The notes beneath the pieces are model-generated. The model did not search any database, was not told the DNA's origin, and saw nothing but the letters and a program-made list of their open reading frames with translations. From assembly GCA_963789825.1 (NCBI GenBank), contig CAWBME010000006.1, forward strand, positions 78,612-142,611: 64,000 bases of DNA, read 5' to 3'. Positions 10,607 to 19,513 of the stretch are shown here, in pieces. Every line of letters starts with the position of its first letter. Positions within the stretch are counted from its first letter, which is position 1. The translations under genes were made by a program, and so were the position numbers. Source of the stretch: an uncultured Chloroflexia bacterium. GTDB lineage: Bacteria > Chloroflexota > Anaerolineae > Anaerolineales > E44-bin32.

Positions 10607-11353
10607 ACCGCCGGGGCGGCGATTCGAGTCTCGGAGCTGCTGACAGGATTCGACCTCCCCGCAGGATATCCATGCGGGACGTGGAGGCGGATGTCGATCA
10701 CACGGTGGCTCACACTGGCCGCCAGCCACTGGGCGTGCTCATGCTGCTCACGTCAGTACCTGCGCTGCGTTGACTCTCAGGTTGCCGACGAATCCCCTGC
10801 GTTGTGTTCGCAGAGCCGGTGCGTGGCTGGCAAGGGTCTGGGCGCGTCTCGCGGCAGGCGATGGGCTACCGATCACTCCGATCGGCGAAGCCCGGCCCCG
10901 CCGGCTGGCGGAGAGCAAGGCAACGCTTGGGTCGGCGTCGATCCACGCCGTGGCTCCAACCGGGTGGAGGAGGTCTCGCAGGCCGACCAGATCGGACGCT
11001 TCGGCACCTTCACCCATTTCTCGCCGGAAGCGAGATGCAGCGCGGGAGCGGGGCGTGCAGCCCGCTTCGGACTGCGCCCGAATGCTGTCGCTCTATTCGA
11101 CGCCCCCGGACCTCCGCGGGTGCTGGCGTTGACCGAAGGTGACGGCTGGAGCCAATCATCCGCCAGCCAGGCAGGGCGTGCGGTGCGCTTGCAGACGGGT
11201 ATTCGGAAGCAGTGGCGGGAGGTAGAGATCGGCCGGTGGCACGCGCTGGCGTATTCGCTCATGCGGCGGGCAGATCATCCCGGGGTTCGAGGGCGCGGTG
11301 CGCTCATGCGACTGGGCATGAGGTGGGTGCCCTGTCGCCTGGGGCCTCTTGGG

Positions 11354-12443
11354 TCAGCCGCCAACGGCTGAGAGCCGCTGCACGAGGCCGAGCAGGCTGG
11401 CGTAGCCGCACGCCAGCGGCTGCAGATCGATGCTTTCCATCAGGGTGTGGGCATTGCTGCCGGTCGTGATCCCGACGCAGATCGCAGGGTAGCCCAGGCT
11501 CAGTGGGAGGCTGGCATCCGTCGACCCCCCGGTGAGCCGTGCCGTGCCGCCGCAGGCCTCGGAGTGGACGCGGAGAGCTGTCTGCACCAGCGGGTGATCA
11601 TCGGCGATCGCTCCGTGCGGGCGGATCCCGATGACCTTCGCCTCGACGTTCACCCGCTCTGGCCACGGCCCCTTCAGCAGCCCTTCCACGCCTGCGGCGA
11701 CCTCGGCCAGCTGTGCGCCATCTTCTGAGCGGATCTCCAACTCCATCCATGCCTGGCGGGCAATGGCGTTGATCCCGGTCCCGCCCGCAGAGCTGGCCGA
11801 TGTTCAGCGTGGTCTTGGGATCCGACGGCAATGGCAGGTCGAGCAGTTGGCCTCCGAGACGGAGCAGTAGGTTGACGGCCGAAGGCCTGCCGGCGTGGAT
11901 CCAGGCGTGCCCCCCTTGCGTCTCGACCTGGACTCGGTAGCGGCGGACTGGATAGGCCCGGGTGTAGATGTGGCCGAGGGACATGCCTTCGACGGCGATG
12001 TAGGCCGCGGGCGCAGCGCCGAATCGCTCAACGACGCGAGCCATGCCGCCCAGGTTACCCAGACCCTCCTCTCCCACCGTGCAGACCAGCCACACCGCCC
12101 GTTCTGGCTCAGGATGCATGAGATCCACGCCCAGCTCGACCAGCGCCGCCAGGCCCAAGGCATTGTCACCGACGCCGGGGCCTACCCAGCGCTCGCGGCC
12201 CTGGGTCAAGCGCAGGTCGGTGCCCGAGGGGAAGACCGTGTCCAAGTGGGCGACGAGCACAATGGGCGATGGCCCGCTTCCGCGCCGGCCGTAGACGTTG
12301 CCAATCGAGTCGATCTCGACATCACTGAGACCTGCCTGGCGGAAGAGCTCCTGCATGGCAGCCGCCCGCTCAGCCTCACCGAAGGTCGGCGAGGGGATCG
12401 ACTGGATTGCTGCGCATCGATCGAGCAGGCTGGAGGTGTCCAT
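11354..12443 (-). CDS. M20-family metallopeptidase/deacylase (apparent +1 frameshift near 11795)
   Basis: LVAHLDTVFP, GVGDNALG, TVGEEGLGNLGG, then GGTGINAIA..GGSTDAS in the +1 frame. Confidence 0.8.
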
Positions 12444-12446
12444 GCG

Positions 12447-13466
12447 TCAGACCCTTCGTGCCTGGTCGCGCAATGCGTCCAGGCGGGCCCCGGCCAGGCC
12501 TGGCGTGGCGCCGAGCGGATACAGTGCGCCGAAGCCTTCAATCGCCAGCGAAGCTGAGACCGCTCCGCGCAAGGCGGCCTGCAGCGGATCGTCGGTGAGG
12601 GCCAGGCCGGCGACGAATCCGCCGCAGAAGGCATCGCCGGCCCCGAATCGGTCGCGTTCGGATGCTCCATAGGCCGGCACGTTCCAGCGCATGTGGGATG
12701 CCGCGTCCCAGACCCATGCGCCGAGCGCTCCGCGCTTGATCACAACGATCCAGGGTCCCAGGCCCGACAGCTCCTCGGCACACTCCCACAGGTCCGGTTG
12801 GCGAGGCCGGTGAAGCGCCAGGATCTCCTCCTCGCTGGGGAGGAAGGCGTGGAGTGAGCGCAGCACGGTGGCCAGTTCCATTCGCCGGCCGGGATCCATC
12901 AAACCTGCGGCCGGATCGAGGGTAATCCGGCGAATGCCCAGTTCCTGTAGCCTGGCGGGGAGAGTTGCCTGCGCGAAGTACTCCATCGCGGTCAAATGAA
13001 CCGCCTGCCAATGCTGCGTCCCAGGTGGCAGGTCCTCGGCTCGAGCCGTCAACTGCCCGGGGGGAGCGTCCAGGGGAGTGGTGCGATCGGGCATACGGAA
13101 GCCGAGCAGTTCTTTGGGGAGCGGGCGCCCAACCCGCAGGAACTGGGACGACGGGTTGGTTTCCTCGGCATCGCCTGAGGGACGCACGGCATGAAACTCG
13201 AGGTCCGTCTCATCCCCTGGGATGAGGCGGATGTGCGCTGGGTCAATCCCGTTCGCGGCGAGGGCGGGTAAGAGCGCCGATCGTGTGGCTTGGGTGGCTC
13301 TCGACAACACGGTCACCTTGTCGGCCCAGACCTTGGCGCCACCTGCGGCATAGAGGGCACTCCCTCCAGGTTGGGCAAGCTGGACAACTCCGTCGGATGT
13401 GATGCCATAGGCGACCCGCACCGGGCCGATCACGCCAAGGGTGGGTGCGGGAGGGGAGGGGGGCAT
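12447..13466 (-). CDS. PfkB-family carbohydrate kinase
   Basis: C-terminal GAGDAFCGGFVAGL PfkB signature; stop lies 3 nt from the M20 gene start (operon). Confidence 0.8.
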   Translation of the reverse strand: MPPSPPAPTLGVIGPVRVAYGITSDGVVQLAQPGGSALYAAGGAKVWADKVTVLSRATQATRSALLPALAANGIDPAHIRLIPGDETDLEFHAVRPSGDAEETNPSSQFLRVGRPLPKELLGFRMPDRTTPLDAPPGQLTARAEDLPPGTQHWQAVHLTAMEYFAQATLPARLQELGIRRITLDPAAGLMDPGRRMELATVLRSLHAFLPSEEEILALHRPRQPDLWECAEELSGLGPWIVVIKRGALGAWVWDAASHMRWNVPAYGASERDRFGAGDAFCGGFVAGLALTDDPLQAALRGAVSASLAIEGFGALYPLGATPGLAGARLDALRDQARRV

Positions 13467-13541
13467 GCTGTGGCAGCCTCACGCGGGGCGCGGTTTCGCC
13501 ACTGGAATTCTACGGCAGCGTGGGCAGATACCAAAGTCCCG

Positions 13542-13570
13542 TTCATCTGGAACAGGCTGGGCGTTATAAT
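13542..13570 (+). promoter_or_regulatory. candidate promoter for the response regulator gene
   Basis: TTCATC, 17 nt spacer, TATAAT (13565-13570). Confidence 0.3.
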
Positions 13571-13632
13571 CACTCTGCATCTCAGGCAGCCGATCGTTCA
13601 GCAAGCTGCGTCGCATCCTGCGGGGGTTTGTC

Positions 13633-14310
13633 TTGCCCGGTAGCCACATCCTGCTGATCGAGAGTCGGCGCGCGAGCGCTCCATCCTTCGCGCCGGCTCT
13701 GGAGAAGAAGGGATTCCTGGTCACTCGCCACACGCAGGTGCTGTCAGCACTGGCGGAGAGCGTCCAGAAGGCGCCAGATCTGATCGTCCTTGACGCGGCC
13801 TCGATGCAAACGAGCGGCGGCCGGATGTGCCGCACCGTGCGCTCCAAACTGGACGGGGTCCCCATCCTTCTGGTTGTGCCGCACGGGACGCCGGCGGATC
13901 CCGGGAGCGGGGCCAGCGTAACCCTCACGCATCCGCTGACCCCACGCAAGCTGATCAACCGTGTGGCGCGCGTACTCCCGGCCAAGGGCAACTACACCCT
14001 ACAAGTTGGACCGATTGCGCTAGACCTGGCGCAGCGAACGGTGCGCTGCCGCGGCAGAGAATCGCGGCTGACGCCCAAACAGACCAAGCTGTTGGAGACC
14101 TTCCTGCACAACCCGGGCCGGCTGATGACCCGGCCGGTGCTGATCCGCCAGGTTTGGCACACCGACTACACCGGAGACACCCGCACGCTGGACGTGCATA
14201 TGAGCTGGCTGCGTCAGGCCCTCGAGCCAGACCCGCGCCGGCCGATCTACCTTAAGACGGTGCGCGGCATCGGATATCGGCTCGACGTGGCGGAGCCGAA
14301 GCACGCCTAG
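13633..14310 (+). CDS. OmpR-family response regulator, orphan, atypical receiver
   Basis: Receiver plus winged-helix (LTPKQTKLLETFL..VRGIGYRL); phospho-Asp context LIVLDAAS is present, but the acidic pair reads ES and the conserved Lys position reads H (LTHPL); TTG start. Confidence 0.8.
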   Translation: MPGSHILLIESRRASAPSFAPALEKKGFLVTRHTQVLSALAESVQKAPDLIVLDAASMQTSGGRMCRTVRSKLDGVPILLVVPHGTPADPGSGASVTLTHPLTPRKLINRVARVLPAKGNYTLQVGPIALDLAQRTVRCRGRESRLTPKQTKLLETFLHNPGRLMTRPVLIRQVWHTDYTGDTRTLDVHMSWLRQALEPDPRRPIYLKTVRGIGYRLDVAEPKHA

Positions 14311-15614
14311 CCTCGGACGTCGGTCAGCGCAGCCGCCTCACCGGCTTCTCCCCGCATTGTGACAATCCGTACCTCGACCTGTTGCGTTCCCGCAGGAATG
14401 CTTGCGATTCGCAGCGGGAGGTCCGGCGATCGCCAGCGGCGGGGATGGGCGATCCGTGTCGGCGCCGCGCATCCCGTGGATTGCCAGCAAGCCTCCCACA
14501 GGACGACTTCGTCCGGGAAGGCGTGCCGACCGCCGCCGCGCAGCCCGAGCAGGTCGACGTGCGTGCCTTCCTGAGATGTGCCTAGCCTGGCGATAGGCTG
14601 CGGCCCCTGCGGCAGCGGCCGATCCTGCCACAGAGAGAGGGCGGGGGGTTCCGGAAGAAGAAGCAGGCGGCGGTAGCTCGTCCAGAAGGCGAGCGGGGAG
14701 CGATCGACACCGATCGCCTGACGTCCGGAGCGGGAGGCGACGGCCAGCGCGGTGCCCGAACCACAGAACGGATCGAGCACGATCCCCCCTGGCGGGCAGG
14801 AGGCGAGCACGATGCGCTTGAGCAGCGCCTCCGGCTTCTGTGTGGGATACCCCGTGCGCTCATTGTGCAGGCGGGCGACGACCGGGAAATACCACCAATC
14901 CTCCGGCACCTTGCCCCGCTCGAGGTCGGGCACCTTGCCGAAGCCGGCCCGGGGCGAATTGCGGAAGGTCCGCACGGTCGTCGGGTCGTAGGGCACGCGC
15001 ACCGCATCCGGATCGAAGTAGTAGTGCGGGGTCTTGGCGTAGACAAGGATCGTGTCGTGCTTCCGGTTGAAGGCGCGTCGGATCGGCGATGGGCCGTGAT
15101 ACGCCCAGATGACTTCGTTGAGCAGCGCCTCTCGGCCGAAGATTTGATCGAGCAGGATCCTGGCATAGGGGGCGGCGTGCCAGTCCAGATGCAGGTACAG
15201 CGTGCCGGTCGGGGCGAGCAGGTGATACATGGCCAACAGACGCGGCTCGAGCATCGAAAGGTAGTCCGGGAGCCCTTCCCAGCGGTCGGCGAAGCCGTGC
15301 TCGGTCCGCCAGGTGTCGGGATGGCGCGAGTCTTCCCCGGCGCCGACACGCACGGGGTAGGTGCGATCGGTGAAGAAGGGTGGGTCGGCGTAGATCAGGT
15401 CGATCCGGCCTTCGTGGCTGCCCAGCAGAGCCAGCATGGCGCCCAGGTTGTCGGAGAAGAGCAAGCGATTGTCGGGGAGGCGGTGGGTGCGGGCGGCGGC
15501 CGATGATCGGGAGAAGCAGGTTAGGTCGGTCGGCGCGCCGGGCTCGGCCTCCCAGCGGCCCTGCCAATCCAGCGTCGGCTCAGACGGCCGGGAGCGGCGT
15601 CCAGGCATGGCCAT
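14307..15614 (-). CDS. beta-class N4/N6 DNA methyltransferase, orphan, with ~130-aa C-terminal extension
   Basis: Motif IV LIYADPPFF precedes motif I VLDPFCGSGT (PF01555-type order); no endonuclease-like neighbour. Confidence 0.8.
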   Translation of the reverse strand: MAMPGRRSRPSEPTLDWQGRWEAEPGAPTDLTCFSRSSAAARTHRLPDNRLLFSDNLGAMLALLGSHEGRIDLIYADPPFFTDRTYPVRVGAGEDSRHPDTWRTEHGFADRWEGLPDYLSMLEPRLLAMYHLLAPTGTLYLHLDWHAAPYARILLDQIFGREALLNEVIWAYHGPSPIRRAFNRKHDTILVYAKTPHYYFDPDAVRVPYDPTTVRTFRNSPRAGFGKVPDLERGKVPEDWWYFPVVARLHNERTGYPTQKPEALLKRIVLASCPPGGIVLDPFCGSGTALAVASRSGRQAIGVDRSPLAFWTSYRRLLLLPEPPALSLWQDRPLPQGPQPIARLGTSQEGTHVDLLGLRGGGRHAFPDEVVLWEACWQSTGCAAPTRIAHPRRWRSPDLPLRIASIPAGTQQVEVRIVTMRGEAGEAAALTDVRG

Positions 15615-15687
15615 CCCTACCGCGGTGACCCAGGCGAAGCGATCGTCTTCTCCGCTGCGTGCCAGGCCAGCGCGGGCGGCACGTTGG

Positions 15688-17010
15688 CTAGACGCCGCCG
15701 AAGTGCCGGCGAAGCACGTCCTCTAGCGTCGGTGTGCCGATCTCCTGAAGCTCGTAGCGAACCCGCTGGGCGGGCTTGTTGATCTTCATCAGTCGGCCCA
15801 AGTCGATCGGCGTTCCGATCAGGACCAGATCTGCGTCCGAGCGGTTGATCGTGTCCTGCAGTTCCGTGATCTGCTTCTTCCCATAGCCCATGGCGGGAAG
15901 AACCCGGCCGACGGTTGGGTACTTCTGGTATACCCCGGCGATGCTGCCGCGGGCAAAGGGCCGGGGGTCGATCACTTCCGCCGCGCCGAGGCGCTGGGCG
16001 GCGACCCATGCGGCGCCATAGCCCATCTCGCCATGGGTGACGGTAGGGCCATCCTCGATCACCAGCACTCGCTTGCCGCGCACCTGCTCAGGGTGATCGA
16101 CGAAGATCGGTGAAGCCGCTTCGATCACGATGGCGCCGGGGTTCACGGCGGCAATGTTCCTGCGTACCTGCAGCACCGCCTGAGCGTCGGCCGAGTCGAC
16201 CTTGTTGATCACCACCACATTGGCGGAGAACAGGTTCATCTCCCCGGGATGGTAGCTGCGTTCGTGCCCGGGCCGGTGGGGATCGGCGACTACGATCTGC
16301 AGGTCGCTCTTGAAGAACGGGAAGTCGTTGTTGCCGCCATCCCACAGGATGACGTCCACCTCAGCCTCTGCGGCGCGCAGGATGCGCTCATAGTCGACGC
16401 CGGCATACACCACCACGCCCAAGTCGAGGTGGGGCTCATACTCCTCGCGCTCCTCGATGGTGCAGTTGTGGGCGGCCAGATCCTTGTAGTTGGCGAAACG
16501 CTGAACGGCCTGAGCCGCCAGATCGCCGTACGGCATTGGGTGGCGCACGGCAGCGACGCGCAGGCCCATCGTGCGCAGGATCGTCGCCACGCGGCGGGTC
16601 GTCTGGCTCTTGCCGCTTCCGGTTCGCACGGCGCAGATCGAGATCACGGGCTTGCTGGAGGGGATCTGGGTCGAGGCAGCGCCCATCAATCGGAAGTCTG
16701 CCCCAGCCGACAGCACCTGGGACGCCCGATGCATGACGAATTCGTGCGAGACGTCGCTGTAGGCGAAGACCACCTGGTCGATCTGGTGCTGGCGGAGCAG
16801 CGCCACCAGCTCGCTTTCGGAATGGATCGGAATACCGCGCGGGTACAGCCGTCCGGCCAGGCTGGCGGGGTAGAGCCGTCCCTCGATGTTCGGGATCTGG
16901 GTGGCGGTGAAGGCCACCACCTCATACTCCTGCCGCTCGCGGAAGTACACGTTGAAGTTGTGGAAGTCCCGCCCGGCTGCACCCATGATGATCACGCGGG
17001 TCCGATTCAT
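15688..17010 (-). CDS. COG2403-family P-loop protein (cyclic 2,3-diphosphoglycerate synthetase-like)
   Basis: RVIIMGAAGRDFHNFNVYFR N-terminus and Walker A VRTGSGKSQTT, characteristic of this family. Confidence 0.7.
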   Translation of the reverse strand: MNRTRVIIMGAAGRDFHNFNVYFRERQEYEVVAFTATQIPNIEGRLYPASLAGRLYPRGIPIHSESELVALLRQHQIDQVVFAYSDVSHEFVMHRASQVLSAGADFRLMGAASTQIPSSKPVISICAVRTGSGKSQTTRRVATILRTMGLRVAAVRHPMPYGDLAAQAVQRFANYKDLAAHNCTIEEREEYEPHLDLGVVVYAGVDYERILRAAEAEVDVILWDGGNNDFPFFKSDLQIVVADPHRPGHERSYHPGEMNLFSANVVVINKVDSADAQAVLQVRRNIAAVNPGAIVIEAASPIFVDHPEQVRGKRVLVIEDGPTVTHGEMGYGAAWVAAQRLGAAEVIDPRPFARGSIAGVYQKYPTVGRVLPAMGYGKKQITELQDTINRSDADLVLIGTPIDLGRLMKINKPAQRVRYELQEIGTPTLEDVLRRHFGGV

Positions 17011-17090
17011 TGTCGAGTCTCCTCCGTTGGAGGAGCGTGAGGCACGCCGGAGGTCGGCGTTCGGGGCGATGCCTCACGCCCGAGTCAAGG

Positions 17091-18894
17091 TCACATGCTC
17101 TCTGGCGCCTGGATGTCCAGCAGGCGCAGGCTGTTAGCGATGGTCTGGCGCGCGGCGGCGGTCAGGCGCAGCCGGGCGTCGATGGTCTCCGGCGTACCGG
17201 CCTGCAGCACCGGCACGGCGTGGTAGAAGGCATGGAAGGTACGCGCGAACTCATAGGCGTAGTTCGCCATGTGCAGCGGCTTGTAGTCCAACGCTGCCTG
17301 CTGCACCGCTGCTGGGAAGCGCGCCATCAGGTCGATCAGCTCGGTCTCGAGCGGTTCGAGGGGATGGGCGATGTCGGCGGTCAGCGGCATCCCGCCGGCT
17401 TTCTTCAGGATGCTGCAAGCCCGCACGTGGGCGTTCTGGATATAGGGGGCGGACTGCCCGTCGAAGCTCAGGGCGGTGTCCATGTCAAAGACGATGTCCC
17501 GGGTGTTGTCGACCGAGAGCATGGCGTAGGCCAGCGCTCCCAGCCCGACCTGGGTGGCGACCTGCTCGCGCTGGCCGGCGGGCAGGTGGGGGTTCTTCTC
17601 TTCGATCACCTCCAGCACGCGCCGGACGGCCTCGTCAGCCACATCCTTGAAGAAGACCACATTGCCCTTGCGGGAGGACATTGCCCCTGCTGGCAGGGAG
17701 ACGAAACCGAAGGCCAGGTGAAAGCACTTGGCGGCCTCGGGGAAGCCCCACAGTTCCAGGATCTTGAACACCTGCTGGAAGTGCAGGCTCTGCCGCACAT
17801 CGACGACATAGATCGAGCGATCGACGTGATAGTCCTCGAACTTGCGCTTGGCCAGGGCCAGGTCGTTGGTGAGGTAAAGCGTCGTGCCGTCGCTGCGCAG
17901 GATCACTGCCGTGCGGTACTTCTCCTTCTTGAGACCGAGCCGCTCGTCGATCTTGACGATCACCGGGCCGCCGGAAGGCCGCTCGTCCTCGGCGATCCCG
18001 AGGTGGATCAGCTCCTCGACGATCTGCTTGCCTTCGGCGGCGGCGTCACTCTCGAAGAAGAAGACGTCCATCTGGATGTCAAGCATGCGCAGGATGTCAT
18101 TCAATTCGTCCAGGCTCCACTGGCGGGTCTTCAACCAGAGCTGGCGCACCTCTGGGTCACCGACGTCCCAGCGGCGGTAGAGCTCGCGCCGCTCGGCGTC
18201 GTAGGCCTCGCGCTGCGCCCGTTCGGAGTCGGTCTCATCCTCTTTCAGCGATGAGGAGCTGGGTGGCCTCGGCGTAGATGTTGGCCAGCCAGCGCCCACG
18301 CTCGTGGATGCCGTCAGGTTCTTGCCCGGGATAGAAGCGCTGATAGGCCCACATGCAGGTGATCACGCCCAGCCCCATGTCGCCCGGGTAGGAGGCGCGG
18401 ATCGTCTCGAAGCCGGCAAACTGGACCAAGCGGGCGAGCGATTCGCCGAGCAGCGCCGCACGGGCGTGGCCGATGTGGATCGAATGATGGGTGTTCGGCT
18501 GGAAGTACTCGACCATCACCCGTTCGCCCTTGGGCTCACCACGACCGAACTCGTCAGCCTCGCCGAGCACCTGGTCGACCACGCGCCGGGCGAAGACCGC
18601 CGGATCGAGGTAGACATTGATGTAGGCCTTCTCGGCGGCGATGCGGGCCATCCCCGGGGGCAGATGGACGTCGACCACCGCCACCCGGGCGAGCTCCTCG
18701 GCGCGGCGCCCGACCTCGCCCTTGGCGTGGCGCGCTTCGGCCGCTGCAGCCTGAAAGCAGGTTGCTGTGCCGAAGCCCCATTGCCCGGCAAACGGGATGG
18801 GGATCCACTGGATCCGGTCGGGTGGGACGGAGCCATGCCGGCGAAGGGTCGCTCGAAGCTGCTCGCCGATCTGGTCGAGTTCGGTTTCGAACAT
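17091..18894 (-). CDS. argS: arginine--tRNA ligase (apparent +1 frameshift near 18255)
   Basis: N-terminal ORF carries the class I HIGH motif (NTHHSIHIGHARAALLG); C-terminal ORF carries TLYLTNDLA, MSSRKG (KMSKS-like) and the anticodon-binding DALR domain. Confidence 0.88.
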
Positions 18895-18902
18895 GCGCCG
18901 GG

Positions 18903-18911
18903 ATTATAGCA
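18903..18911 (-). promoter_or_regulatory. extended -10 promoter of argS (leaderless configuration)
   Basis: TGCTATAAT on the minus strand; only 8 nt between the -10 hexamer and the argS ATG; no SD. Confidence 0.5.
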
Positions 18912-18946
18912 TGCGGGTTGGGACGGCCCGAGGGCGGAAACAGCCG

Positions 18947-18973
18947 GGCGGCACCCCGCTTCAGGGTGCCGCC
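18947..18973 (-). terminator. hairpin downstream of rpsT
   Basis: Perfect 10-bp stem GGCGGCACCC/GGGTGCCGCC with 7-nt loop, 38 nt after the rpsT stop; weak T tract (CTGTTTCC). Confidence 0.4.
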
Positions 18974-19010
18974 GCGTTGGATCCCTTGAGTCAGTGCTGC
19001 GCAGGCTCTA

Positions 19011-19277
19011 CTACGGGTTCTTGGCCTGCTTGAGCAGCTTCAGCAGCCGGCTCTTGCGCCGGGCGGCGTTGTTGCGGTGGATGACGCCGCGCGAGACAGC
19101 TTTGTCCAGCTCGCGCAAGGCGGAGGCTGCAGCGGCGTCGGCGCTCTGGGCGTCGCTCTCGATCGCCTCACGGGCGTTCTTGACGAACGTCCGCGCTCGG
19201 GTTCGGATTCGCTTGTTGCGCATCTGGCGCTTCGGATTCTGGCGCATGCGCTTCTTCGCCGATTGGGTGTTCGCCAA
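19011..19277 (-). CDS. rpsT: 30S ribosomal protein S20
   Basis: MANTQSAKKRMRQNPKRQMRNKRIRTRARTFVKNA... canonical S20; TTG start with GGAGGA SD. Confidence 0.93.
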   Translation of the reverse strand: MANTQSAKKRMRQNPKRQMRNKRIRTRARTFVKNAREAIESDAQSADAAAASALRELDKAVSRGVIHRNNAARRKSRLLKLLKQAKNP

Positions 19278-19313
19278 GGTGTCCTCCGGACAAGGTGCAG
19301 ATCACAGACAGCC

Positions 19314-19342
19314 ATTCTACCCGGATCACGGATGTCTGTCCA
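19314..19342 (-). promoter_or_regulatory. rpsT promoter
   Basis: Minus strand TGGACA, 17 nt spacer, TAGAAT. Confidence 0.5.
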
Positions 19343-19513
19343 GCCACTGCTGAGCAGCCCGGTTGGGCTGACGCTGGAAACGGGATCCGCCTGGCAGGGA
19401 AGGGGGACGCCGGACCCAAAGGGCAGGGCTCCAAGTTGCATTGCGCATAGACACAGACAGACAGTGCGTGGGCCTTGCCTGCCTGGTGATAGGGAGGGAG
19501 GCTCGCCAGCCCG

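Noticed and set aside
14307-17010. Restriction-modification or other defence system built on the DNA methyltransferase.
   Set aside because: The only co-oriented neighbour is a COG2403 P-loop protein with no nuclease motif I can see. No specificity, helicase or endonuclease gene is adjacent, so I call it an orphan methyltransferase.
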